In this document: positions 11,001 through 22,859 of the stretch, one piece after another | How the letters are laid out: each line of letters begins with the position of its first letter | How positions within the stretch are numbered: position 1 is the first letter of the stretch | Assembly (NCBI GenBank): GCA_020536535.1 | Contig: JAHLWZ010000450.1 | Span: forward strand, 1 to 64,000 | DNA length: 64,000 nt | Origin: Pelomyxa schiedti | Taxonomy: Eukaryota; Protista; Evosea | Direction of reading: 5' to 3' | Notes under the pieces: model-generated | Seen by the model: only the letters and a program-made list of their open reading frames with translations | Database searches by the model: none | What the model was told of the DNA's origin: nothing | Program-made: the position numbers and the translations under genes

Positions 11001-14000
11001 TCGAACGACAGGCAGCTGCACTCAACGCCGAAAAGCAAAGTGCACTCCAACAACAAGAAACCACACTCAACTCAGAGAAGCAGAGTGCACTCGAGCAACA
11101 AGAAACCGCACTCAACGCGGAGAAGCAAATCGCGCTCGAGCAGCAAGCAGCATCACTGAACGCGGAAAAGCAAAGTGCACTCGAGAAGCAGGCGGCATCA
11201 CTGAACTCGGAAAAGCAAAGTGCACTGGAGCAACAAGAGGCCTCACTCAACACAGCCAAGCAAAGTGCACTGGAGCAACAAGCAGCATCACTGAACTCGG
11301 AAAAGCAAAGTGCACTGGAGCAACANNNNNNNNNNNNNNNNNNNNNNNNNNNNNNNNNNNNNNNNNNNNNNNNNNNNNNNNNNNNNNNNNNNNNNNNNNN
11401 NNNNNNNNNNNNNNNNNNNNNNNNNCGGAAAAGCAAAGTGCACTGGAGCAACAGGCAACATCGCTTGAGGCGGCAAAGCAGAACGCACTCAAGCAGCAAG
11501 AAACCGCACTCGGCGCGGAAAAGCAAAGTGCACTCGAGCAACAGGCAGCTTCCCTAGAGGCTGAAAAGCAGAACGCACTCAAGCAACAAGAGGCTGCACT
11601 GAGTGCCGAGAAGCGGAACGCTCTTGAAGAGCAGGCAAGTGCACTGAATTCCGAAAAGCAAAGTGCACTCGAGCAGCAAGAATCGGCACTCAACGCGGAA
11701 AAACGGAACGCACTCGAGCAACAGGCAAGTGCACTGGATGCCGAGAAGCAGAACGCACTCAAGCAACAGGAAACAGCACTCAACGCCGAAAAGCGGAACG
11801 CTCTGGAGCAACAAGAAGCTGCACTCGATGCCGAGAAGCAGAACGCCCTTGAACAACAAAAGGTGGCACTTGGCACTGAAAGGCAGAACGCACTGGAAGA
11901 GCAAAAAGCGGCACTGAGTGCTGAAAAGCAAACTGCACTGGAGCATCAAAAGGCAGAACTGAGTGCTGAAAGGCAAACTGCACTGGAAGCACAGAAAGCG
12001 GCACTGGATTCGGAAAAGCAAAGCGCACTGGAAGATCAAAAGGCGGCACTGAACAGTGAAAAGCAAACCGCGCTGGAAGAACAGAAAACGGCACTGAATG
12101 GTGAAAAGCAAAGCGCACTGGAAGATCAAAAGGCAGAACTGAGTGCTGAAAGGCAAACTGCACTGGAGCATCAAAAGGCAGAACTGAGTGCTGAAAAGCA
12201 AACTGCACTGGAGCACCAAAAGGCAGAACTGAGTGCTGAAAGGCAAACTGCACTGGAAGCACAGAAAGCGGCACTGAACAGTGAAAAGCAAAGCGCACTG
12301 GAAGAACAGAAAACGGCACTGAACAGTGAAAAGCAAACCGCGCTGGAAGAACAGAAAACAGCACTGAACGCCGAAAAGCAAAGTGCACTCCAACAGCAAG
12401 AATCTGCACTCAACGAGGAAAAGCGGAACGCACTCGAGCAACAGGCAAGTGCACTTGATGCCGAAAAGCAAAACGCTCTGCAACAACAGGCAAGTGCACT
12501 TGATGCCGAAAAGCAGAAGGCTCTCAAGCAACAGGAGGATGCACTCAGCACAGAGAGGCAGAACGCCATGGAGCAGCAAAAGATTGCACTTGAAGCAGAA
12601 AGAGAAAACGCACTTGAAAAGCAATCAGCCACACTCAACGCCGAGAAGCAAAGCGCACTCGAAAACCAGGCAGCCGCACTTGGTGCGGAAAAAGAGAACG
12701 CACTTGGAAAGCAAGCTGCTGCACTCGAAACGGAAAAGCAAAGCGCACTTGAACAGCAATCTGTTGCACTCCACACAGAAAAGCAAAACGCACTTGAAAA
12801 GCAATCTTGTGAGCTCAATGCAGAAAAGCAGAACGCACTTGAACAGCAATCTGTTGCACTCAATGCAGAAAAGCAAAATGCACTCGAAAAGCAAGCTGCT
12901 GAGCTCAATGCAGAAAAGCAAAACGCACTTGAACAGCAATCTGTTGTGCTCCACACAGAAAAGCAAAACGCACTTGAAAAGCAATCTTGTGAGCTCAACA
13001 CAGAAAAGCAAAACGCACTCGAAAAGCAAGCTGCCGAGCTCAACGCAGAAAGGCTGAAGGACCTAGACCAAAAAGAGGCTGCACTCAGGAAAGAACAGCA
13101 GAAGGCACTTGAAGAGCAAGAGATCACACTCAGGAAGGAGAAGCAGGAGGCACTTGAAGAGCAAGAGGCAACACTCAGGATGGAGAAGCAGAAGGCACTT
13201 GAAGATCAAGAGGTTGCACTGAATGCAGACAAACAAAGTGCACTCGAAAAGCAAGCCATTTCACTCGACGCGGAAAAGCAAAGTGAACTACAGCAGCAAA
13301 AAAGCACACTTGAGGAGGAAATGAAACAACAAGCATTGACACTCAACACAGAGAAGCAGACTGCACTTGAGCAGCAGGCGGCCACACTGAACACAGAAAA
13401 GCAGAAAGCACTTGAGCAGCAGGAATTTGCACTCAAGGCAGAAAAGCAACAAGCACTTGAACAGCAGGCCAGTGTGCTGGAGTCTGAGAAGCAAAAAGCA
13501 CTCGAGCAGCAGGCAGCCACACTCAATGCAGAGAAGCAGCAGGCACTTGAACAACAAGCAAGTGCACTGGATGTCGAAAAGCAAAGTGCCCTGCAGCAAC
13601 AAGAAGCAGAACTCGATGCAGAAAGGAACGGTGCACTTGAACAGCAGGAATTTTCTCTAAGGGATCAAATTCGAACAGTAGAACTAGTCGTTAAAGACAA
13701 AGACTCTGTTATTCAAGCCCTTGAAGGTTCAGTGGAACGACTGCAGAAAGAAACATTTTCTTTGGAAGACCAGAAGAAGCAGATGGCACTTGAAGTTGAA
13801 AGTTTAACTCAAGTTTCTGAGCAGCACTCACACTGTGAGTCCCTCCGTAGGCAACTTGAAGAACAACTACGGAATGAGCTCTCTGCTGTGGAAAATAAGT
13901 TCCAGGAGGTTTGAGAATGCAACAAATTTCTTTTTGTTAACCGTCTTTCAGCAACTTCGATCTTTATCCCATCAATTAGAAGTTGTTGTAATTGTTAAGA

Positions 14001-15298
14001 AGGCATTATATCAGATCGAGTCCCCCGCTTTTGATTCCGAGTTTGTCCCTCGGCCATGTAATATGTTACTTGGGGCCATGAAGGAGTGGGATTGCTTTCA
14101 TATCCCAGACCAGTTCTTACATGCACACATTATTGAAGCTCTCAATGTTCTTGCACAGGTATGACTCACCAACTGGGTACAAAAAACTTAATGTTCTCAG
14201 AGTTACTCCAATCTACCATTAATGTGCGGCTATGTTCTTAATATTTGCTGGACGTTGGTCCGCCTTGTTCGTGGTGAACTAAAAACAATCTGTCCACCTG
14301 AGTAGGCTTTGCCACGCCACCCAATTTTATTCTAACAGGTCCCCAGGCTGACTCCCCATGAAGAGATTTTTGTTGTACTGCCTCCAGATTCTCCCATTTC
14401 AGACACGGAACTACACCAATTCTATCATCAATTGCAAGGAGTACTACTTCTAACATACAATACGTTCTTAACGAGATTCAAAAAAGTGCATTTTTTTCCC
14501 CCTCAGGAACACCTTATTAACTGAGTTTAGGCCATCGAACCCATTCTATTTAATGCTATTTTTGAACAAAATATTGTACCAAGCAAACCAGGGGGACCTC
14601 CAACACCCAGTCGAAGGTTAAGAATTATAGACTTATGTTACACTCAAACAGCTACCCTCACAGAACTCAGCGTGGAAATATCACTGAGGTTAATGGAACT
14701 TTGAATGAGGCCCTGCATTTACTGTCTGAAAACAAATTTCCGAGCAACATAATTGTGCAATTCTTTTCCCAGATGGCCTATTGGATGAACAGCCTTCTGT
14801 TTAATAAATTACTGTCCAACCCTGAACTATGTATCAACTTCTTCTATTTTTTTTTGTTTGCCTCTCACTCCACAGCAAGGTACAACCGCTAAAGGACTCG
14901 AAATTGGTATAGGACTTTCCCAATTGCAAGAGATTTTCTCCAGGCCACCCTTGTCTCCCGCGAAGTGTGTAATTTCACCACCGATAGCCTTTTTTTTTGT
15001 AACCACACGTTTTTCCAGGGAATACCTCAGCCATATTAAGCAGGCAACAAACTTCCTCGCCATGGACAAATCTGTACTCTTGCACGACGAAAGCATCACC
15101 ACCGCCTTTGGTGCACTAAACGCAGTGCAGCTTGGCCATCTCGTGCACAACTACAGGCCCGACCCATCTTCCCCTAAACCTCTAGCAGCACCCATTCTCA
15201 CCAGAATTCCACGGACACCTGAAACCCCTACTCTTAAACTACTCCTGGACCCCAACGCGCACATAGTTCCAACACAACTGCCAGAGAAGAAGCCCTAG
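5095..15298 (+). CDS. Giant NT-C2 (EEIG1/EHBP1-type) + coiled coil + Dilute (DIL) domain protein; spans an assembly gap
   Basis: N-terminus: VTWKRGAKK..NGACEWNE.ISIVCTLF and LGKTTVDLSEYA (NT-C2). Middle: >2400 aa of coiled coil (6434-13914). C-terminus: IIVQFFSQMAYWMNSLLFNKLL..C, LSHIKQATNFL and LNAVQLGHLVHNYRPD (myosin-V-tail-like DIL). Confidence 0.8.
9001..13650 (+). repeat. 45-bp (15-aa) coding tandem repeat array, consensus about LEQQxxALxAEKQ[SN]A, with higher-order blocks
   Basis: Recurring gcactcgagcagcag...gcagaaaagcaaagt motif every 45 bp. The block KDLDQKEAALRKEQQKALEEQEITLRKEKQEALEEQ occurs at ~9407 and again at ~13057. Confidence 0.95.
11326..11425. other. Scaffold gap (100 N) inside the repeat array; other gaps at 686-785, 1401-1500 and 62456-62555
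   Basis: N runs of fixed length, all adjoining the 45-bp array. Confidence 0.99.
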
Positions 15299-15604
15299 AC
15301 CCGCCCTCAGCTTCACCTGCACCCACACAACCCACCTTTTTTTCGCACATCACACCGCCATGTAAATGTCACAGCCACAGCATAAACCACATTAGGTAAG
15401 TACCTGTATCTGCATCGGATTCCCTCCAATACAGATTTTGTGCACCACCCAACAGACTTTGGGATCCCCAAAATCGAACAAATAACCGGAAAAAGACGGC
15501 AAGCAAAATAACCGAAAACCGCCATTCATAAACCCAACAACTTTCTCTTTGTTGAGCTTTCAAACAACCGAAACAACCAACAAAGAAACACCAATACCTA
15601 GTAA

Positions 15605-16765
15605 ATGAAAACAGTTGTTGCCTTCTTGCTGTTTGCTGCAGTAGCATCAGCAGTGTACACCAAGTCCGACTTTAGTATCTGGGCCAAGAAGTACAACAAG
15701 GCCTATGCCTCACGTGAAGAGGAAGACATGAGGTTCAAAATTTGGATCAACAACAGGAAGTACTATGACAAGTTCAACACGGAAGGACACTCCTGGACTC
15801 TTGGTCCCAACCAATTCACTGACTTCACTGCTGATGAATTTGAGGTTCTTTGTTTTTAGTCGTTTTTGTTTCAGCATGCGTGGTCATTGAATATACTATT
15901 GCTTGTCTCGCGTTTCATAATAAAAATAAAAAGGCACCCATTTCTCACCTGTGTGTTTGAAAAAGGCGAAGTACTTGATGCAATCAAGGGAGTTTGTGAA
16001 TGGAACTGCAACAATGCCATCAGCAGTGAGTGATGTGGACTGGACAAGCAGCTGCGCTGCCGTAAAGGATCAAGGAAGCTGTGGCTCCTGCTGGGCATTC
16101 AGCACCACCGGCTCCATAGAACCCTGCAGGAAGATAACCGGAGATGGGCAGCTCATCTCCCTGTCTGAGCAGTACCTTGTTGACTGCTGCACCGGAGCGT
16201 GCTGCAACGGTTGCAGTGGAGGCACAATAGCCGGTGCTATGAAGTGTGCCGAGAGCGGCCTGCCTTCTGAGAGCTCTTATCCTTACACTGGCATCAAGAA
16301 GACCTGCCAGAAAGCAACGCTTGTCACAAAGATAACCTCATACACTGCAGTCACAAGCGGTGATGTGAATCAGTTGCAGTCACTGCTCATGACCCAGCCC
16401 GTCTCTGTTACAATTGATGCTCGCCTCCTCTCGTAAGTTTTCCTGTCCACCTGTTGTGAAACAGATATAACTAGCAATAGTAAATGTATTATTACTGTTG
16501 TTTTCAGATAAGTAAAGTAGTGAGCTGACATTGATTAAACAGGGGCTATACCGGTGGGATATGGTGCCCTTCCACGTGCTCCACCTCTACCCTTGACCAC
16601 GCTGTTGTGCTTGTGGGTCTCAACACAGAAAGCAAGTACTACAAGATTAGGAACAGCTGGGGTGCATCATGGGGTGAGTCTGGCTACTTCCGCATGTGCT
16701 GGGGGACAAATCAATGTGGAATTGCTACTGCTGCCTCTCAACCAAAGGGCTGTGTTGCTGCCTAA
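15605..16765 (+). CDS. Papain-family (C1A) cathepsin L-like cysteine protease with signal peptide and I29 prodomain
   Basis: [16 protein letters not shown] signal peptide. ERFNIN-like and GPNQFTD prodomain motifs. [11 protein letters not shown] (catalytic Cys), LDHAVVLVG (His) and [16 protein letters not shown] (Asn). Confidence 0.95.
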
Positions 16766-16988
16766 AATCTTAGTTTGATTAGCCACTCCAAGGGACTGCT
16801 AACACGAAACCAAAAATGAGAAAAACCAAATAAAGACACAAGTCTCTTGAATTGTTGACCGTAGAATTCTCTTCTTTTTTTTACTTGTATAGCATCATCA
16901 AGTTTATTGAACTACTGTTATACTCGCCACCGACAGTTCTGGATAGTTAATGGATTCACACGCACACTCACTGATGCATGACCCATAA

Positions 16989-17630
16989 TCAGTCCCGGAA
17001 CATCTTGAGCAAGAACTTGGCCTCGGCCATCCACTGCCTCCTGTCCTCGGGTGCCATCTCCATCGGCGTCACCCCGGCGTTGTTCTCGACCCACGGGCTG
17101 GCGCCCATGGCCAGCAGCGCCCTCGCCGAGTCCCAGCGGCCGGCCGCCACCGCGGCGTGCAGCGCCGTGCGCCCCTCGGGCCCCGCGCGCCGGTTCATGC
17201 CGGCGCCGGCCAGCGCCAGCACGACCACGGCCTCGGTGTTGCCCGCGGCCGCCGCGGCGTGCAGCAGCCCCGGGTGCAGCCACAGCACGAACGTGCCGTT
17301 CTCCAGGATGTCCTGCATCGTGTGCTTGGCGTCGCGCCCGCCGCGGGCCGCCGCCATCGCGTCGTCGGCGGCCGTCACGTACGCGCCGAAGTCGCAGAGC
17401 AGGCCGAAGAACGCGCAGGCGCCGGAGAAGCCGCGGGCCAGCCACGTGTCGCTCCTGACGCACACCACCACGGCCACGCCGGCGAATACCGCGAACAGCA
17501 TGGGCAGGACTCCAATGTAGTGGAAGTGTGGTATGTTCCTGTCCTTGGGCTGCTTCCTCGTCGTCGTCGTCCCTCCTCGTTGTGTTTCATTCTTCATCGT
17601 CTGCCCCGAGTTCGCCTTGGGCGTGTCCAT
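16989..17630 (-). CDS. Intronless membrane-anchored ankyrin-repeat protein
   Basis: Two hydrophobic segments, followed by LLHAAAAAGNTEAVVVL, GRTALHAAVAAGRWDSARALLAMGA and NNAGVTPM. Very GC-rich. Confidence 0.75.
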   Translation of the reverse strand: MDTPKANSGQTMKNETQRGGTTTTRKQPKDRNIPHFHYIGVLPMLFAVFAGVAVVVCVRSDTWLARGFSGACAFFGLLCDFGAYVTAADDAMAAARGGRDAKHTMQDILENGTFVLWLHPGLLHAAAAAGNTEAVVVLALAGAGMNRRAGPEGRTALHAAVAAGRWDSARALLAMGASPWVENNAGVTPMEMAPEDRRQWMAEAKFLLKMFRD

Positions 17631-17818
17631 GATCACGGCCAACCGAAAAACCGAAAAAAAAAAGTGTTTGAACAAACGCGAAAATGGACCGGCCGATTGA
17701 CGTGTCATTCTCGGTGGCGATAGGGATTGCTGACTCGATCGTGATGTGGAACAGGAATGGAGAGAATTGAGTAAGGTCGTGGGTGCATTCCTTTTGCTTA
17801 CAAAATAAACATGGGTAG

Positions 17819-18636
17819 TTACAGCAGTTTCATCTGACGCAACACATCCGGGTGGCCCCAAGCCCTGGCAAGGTCAAACACATTCATTTCTGCGCTGGGC
17901 TCAAATGTGGAGTTGAGGAAGTACCCGGAATCCTTTGTAAGGTCGGGGTGAACAGCAATGACCATTAGGCAAATTTGAGCATTCTTGGCAAGAAGTGCTT
18001 CAGCCAAAGGTGATACACGCCGGACTGACCCGACACCACACCCACCAGCGCATTCTTGGTCTGTAACAAGTACTGGTACCTTTAGCTGGTTAGTGTATTT
18101 GTAAGGCGTGTTCTTTTTTGATACATTGGCAGAGAGAAGTGTGTGAACAATGAGCGGGTCCCCTCTGCGAACTGCTTCTGTAATAGGGTACGTAATATCG
18201 TTATTGTGAGTTGCCGGCTTCTTTGGGTCAAGTACTCCTAAGGTGGTAGGGGGCCTGGTTAGGTCCTACACAGGGGAAAAAAACACAAGAAAGTTAAATC
18301 AGACCAGATCTTAGGGCCTCGACGATCATCTCTTGGCTACCAAACTTTGCTAATGATACGAAACTACTTTGTAGAGACTTGAAAGTTTGTAAAGCTCCTT
18401 GTAGTTCCGCCACAGCTGTTAAATTATTTTTTTCCCTATGTTAGTGCCTGCCTAACTTAACGCTGAGTCCAAAGCAATTAATTTACAGTTCATTATTTGT
18501 GTGAAACGACACTAGCAAACCTACTTCGAGAAAAGCTTTCAGGCGTAGATCCGAAGGCGGAAAGAAGGTACTTCAATGCCGTTTGTTTGTTGGGGTCGTT
18601 CTTACCCACCGCCGACACCACAAAGTCACCAAACAT
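17819..18636 (-). CDS. Putative divergent ankyrin-like protein (multi-exon)
   Basis: Manual splicing gives YPITEAVRRGDPLIVHTLL, SPLAEALLAKNAQICL and NVFDLARAWGHPDVL, which are ankyrin-like helices. Confidence 0.45.
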
Positions 18637-18785
18637 CTTCAGATAAAGTATTTTTTTTATGCTTTTTCTCTTTGTAATCAGCTGTTTGACATTTTTAGAA
18701 GTGATTGCCCTGCCTTGTTAGAACGGTTTTAGCTTTTCTCTGTTGTCGTTTACGGGGCCTTCGACGAAACATCCAACAAAACGAA

Positions 18786-21700
18786 ATGTGGAGCTTGGAG
18801 CCTGACGACCCCACCCTCAGGGTCGTTCATGTAAAGCCCGGCAAGGAGGTCACACTGGGCAGGAGCAAAAAAAACGGCATCAACGACCGCTCGGTCAGCA
18901 GGCACCAGCTCCTCCTAAGTCTCGTTTCTGTCCCCCCCGTGTCCCCACAGACATCCCCGTGCTCATCAGGCCCCACTTCGCCAGCATCGTCAACTTCTTC
19001 TGAATCAGGAACAGTGAGACTCAGTGTCACGTGCATGGGGGTTTCGCCCTCGGTGATTTCGCGGGGCGAAAGGAAGAGCGGAGGCGAGCGGGAGGTCGCC
19101 GGCACGAATCCCGCTGATCCCAAGTCTGTTGTTACGAATGGCAGCACTGAGACCACTCTCGTGAAGGGATCCTCAGATTTTTTGGACCACGGGGATTCTC
19201 TGTATCTTATTATGGGCCGGTTCAGATTCACAGTCAAGGCTCCCCCTGGTCTTCCTCTGATAGCGAAAATTGAACCTCCAAAGGAACCCTCCCCCGTTGT
19301 CATACAAAATTCAACTCAAAATACTACTGTACAAACTACACCGCCATCTGTGGCACGTGATAAAATTGTGTCTACAGAGCAAGTTCAAACTGTTAACCAG
19401 GTTATTGTAACTTTATTTTTTTTTTCGGGTAACCTATTGGTGACTCCACTTTTAGGATACAAGCAGTTCACTGAAACGACCACCTCTCAAGCAAACCCGC
19501 AGTTGTGGGTCACTTAACGAGATAGATGGAATTACAGACTACAATTCTGCAATCCAAGCATCAAATAAGCAAGGCGATTATGTTACTCCTTCAAATAAAC
19601 CAGGAGACTCTGCAATCCCCCTCCAACTCCTTCCTCCACGTCAGATACAAGCATCCGAAAATCGCATTCTTCTACAACCAAGCACCATTTCTCAACCAGA
19701 ACTACCTCAAAATAAGCCGGTAGCATGCCACTTTGACAAACCACCAACCACATCACCAACTGAAATGCCTGCCTCAAAACCACCACAAAATTCACTGGTT
19801 CACACACACCCTGTAATTCCCCAAGCGGAACTTCACCTGACTTCTACTCCTATAGTAACACCTCACACAGCAGATATGACGAAAGCACCTTCACCCCCTC
19901 ACACTCCTCGTGATGTACCAGTAACTGTCCTCCCCCCTTCGGGAAATTCCACCTCTACTCCATTGTGTAGCCCTATTCCAGTAACTCCTACAGCACCCGG
20001 AAAAACAGAAAGTGCATGCAGCAGTCCGCCCCCTGTAAGTGCACCTCAGCAACCGGAATCCCCGCCACCATCAGCTGCCATCCCACCTAGACCAGAAATT
20101 TCCCCTGCCACACCAATGAAAAGTACGATGCAATCTATTGCAGAAGCCCAAGCGCGAGCAATGGCATTTTACAAACAAAAAGCAACTACTTCTCCATCTT
20201 CGAGTGCCTCCAATTTGACAGCTCCTCCAGGTCCACCAAAGTCTCCAATACCACCACCAATGGTAACTCCACCAGCAGAGAAAGCAAAGCCTGAAACTAT
20301 AAAGCCTTTACCCCAGAATAACACAAGTGCAGACCCACTGCCCCCAGTGGACTCACACATCGTTATCCCAATTGGAGGTTCAACATCTGGGGACTCAGAT
20401 GACATAGTGAAAAAGTCCCGAAATTCCATTTGTATACACGGTTCCAGCACTGGTGTGAGTACAAGCACCACCACGAGCACGTCCGCATTAACGACAACGG
20501 GCACGAGCACGAATACGAGCACAAGTACAAGTTCAAGCACAACCACAAGCACAAGCACATCTACTTCTCCTTCAAACACAACAGATACCAACACCGAAGC
20601 AACATTATTGGAACTAAAGGATATGTTTCCAGTGATAAGTATATCGTTTCTACGCCAGAAGTTAGCAGAATCTAAGGGAGATGTATCTGAGGTTGTATCT
20701 ATCTTGCTCTCGGATCCCCCAACTTTAGCTGCACCCACACCTTCCAAGTCCCTGCCCCCACCTCCATCTCCATCCCTTACAACCTCAGTGACAAAAGGGG
20801 AACCCATTCCTCATGATTCCACCGCATCCATGTTGGACACCCCACTGAAAAAGCTTGCTGCAATCTTTCCTACACTGGAACTTTCTCTTTTGGAATCAGC
20901 ATTGAAGTCAAGTGGTGGAAATATTGATCAATCCGTTGCGTGGCTTCTGGGGGAAGACAGGAGTGAGCCCACTGTCCCTATGAAACGTCTACCAGATCCA
21001 CCTCCTTCCATGCTGCTTCCACCTCCTTCCATGCTTCCACCTCTACCTTCATTCACAACACTTCCATACAGTCCTCCTCCCATTTATAGTCCAGTGCCTA
21101 AAAGGCCCAGAAGACGCGCCTACCCGGTTACCACCATGAGCCCGTTTATGTTTGGGGGCCACATGTTTCCCAATACAACCCCTGCTCGCCCCCTAAATAT
21201 AAAGATAGATTCCAGACCTTGTCAATCTCTGTACAAGCAGACATTTGACCCCGTACAACAGATCTCAAATAGTTTGTAAACCTCTCGATTATTTTCCCTT
21301 ACATTCACTTTGTAGCTCTTCAGATGCTGTCTGATAAAGCACAGTATGTCGGATATTGTGCACAAACAATGATTGAAAGGGGTAAAAGTTCAATAAATAA
21401 CCTTACCTACCAAAACGAACCAGAGCCACAATAATAATATAAAGAGCAGGAACACTGGGGTGATTGGTTTGTGTTTTACCACTCTTACTCGTTTGCTCTG
21501 CTATTATACGAGGTTCAAGCAGAACTAGCTAGAGCCATGTATACACTTCCTGATGAGTTTGCTCCGCTACCACGGATACTACACGGACCATTTCATGGAA
21601 AACCTACCTTAGGTATATTCAGTTCTAGTGTGATCATTGTTTCCCTTTACCACAGATATGCTTCTGGAGGATTTCAAGCACATGACGAGTCAAGATCACA

Positions 21701-22505
21701 ATCCAAACTTCCGGGCCCTTGCAATCTCCGTTAGTTGCTCTCTGTTTGCTCCAGGATCTGAGGCGCCACCTCTGAGTTGTTTTTCACAGGGTTACTCCTG
21801 TTCAGACTTGTCATTTCGTGGTCTGCTTACTGGCTTATTACGCACCTGTGGAGTACATGATCCAGACTACTTGGCAGATAAAATCGTTGAAGTTGGGGAA
21901 AAGTACCGCCTTCCAGCAAGCCCATACAAGGCCACCGGCGCTACCGGCATGTTTCCATTCCTTCCCACTGGAATGCTTTCCGCACCACCTTCGATCAATC
22001 GCGACGAGGAATCCCTTGGCGGCGGCTCCATGCTCCAGATATTTATTCACAAAGACACTGTTGACAGTCTCGCCTATGCTTCATATCCCATGGGAGTTCC
22101 CATTCCTGGTGTCCCTTCACTCGCCGAGCATCTCAAAGACGGGCACACTGAAGGCCAAGCCAGAATCTTCATGCACCCAGGTATTCATACTTCTTTTACA
22201 ATTTATGTTCCTATCTTCCTCCACCCCCCAAAACAAAACAAAACAAAACAAAACAAAACAAAACAAAACAAAACAAAACAAAACAAAACAAAACAAGGAC
22301 TCACAAATTCCTAGCGGTGTTCACAGACACAACCAAAGCACATCTGTATCACTATTCCGCAAGCCCGCTTTTATCTGCCATGGATTCCAGTGTGCCTCTA
22401 AGCCGAGGAGCCTTCATCAAGGACCTTAGAAAAACCCTGGAACCCATCCTTGGGGACTACGCTGCCCTGCGGAAGGCATTCCACGCCGTAGAAGGAAGAC
22501 CGTAA
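18786..22505 (+). CDS. FHA-like domain + Pro/Thr-rich linker + two CUE domains + unassigned globular C-terminal domain
   Basis: VTLGRSKKNGINDRSVSRHQL (PNKP/aprataxin-type FHA GR..SR.H). LKDMFP..SFLRQKL...GDVSEVVSILL and LAAIFPTLE..LLESAL...GNIDQSVAWLL (CUE). A globular-looking domain at 21440-22505. Confidence 0.75.
22229..22296. repeat. (CAAAA)n microsatellite in an intron
   Basis: About 13 perfect pentamer units. Confidence 0.95.
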
Positions 22506-22859
22506 ATTCCATGTGTACTGCCCTGTGCATCTGCGGCCCAGATAGAGACCCGAGAACCGAAACCCATTTTAGGATGGTTGTCGACTTCTCCTTCTCATCA
22601 TAGAGCAGGAAAGAAAACGGTTAGGGAAATTTCATCCCGCGAAGTCACGTTACATAAAATACGTTGAGTGTTGTCCAACCGCTTTTACGTAAAAGCAAAC
22701 ATCAAAACTCGTTTTTTCTTCAAACAGCGTTGTACTTTTTATTCCAATGGATTTGCATTTTTGTTAAACAAACAAACAGCTTCAACAAACAAGGCACCTA
22801 ACTAGGAGAATATAATTCGTGTGGTCCTGGGGCTCTTTGTTGGGAAATTACAATTCCTG

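Noticed and set aside
9556-13127. Long minus-strand and alternate-frame ORFs (CCSSAFCFS..., LLFKCVLL...)
   Set aside because: Shadow ORFs of the stop-poor coding repeat.
9001-13650. 45-bp periodic repeats as a CRISPR array
   Set aside because: No unique spacers. The units are in-frame coding repeats in a eukaryotic gene.
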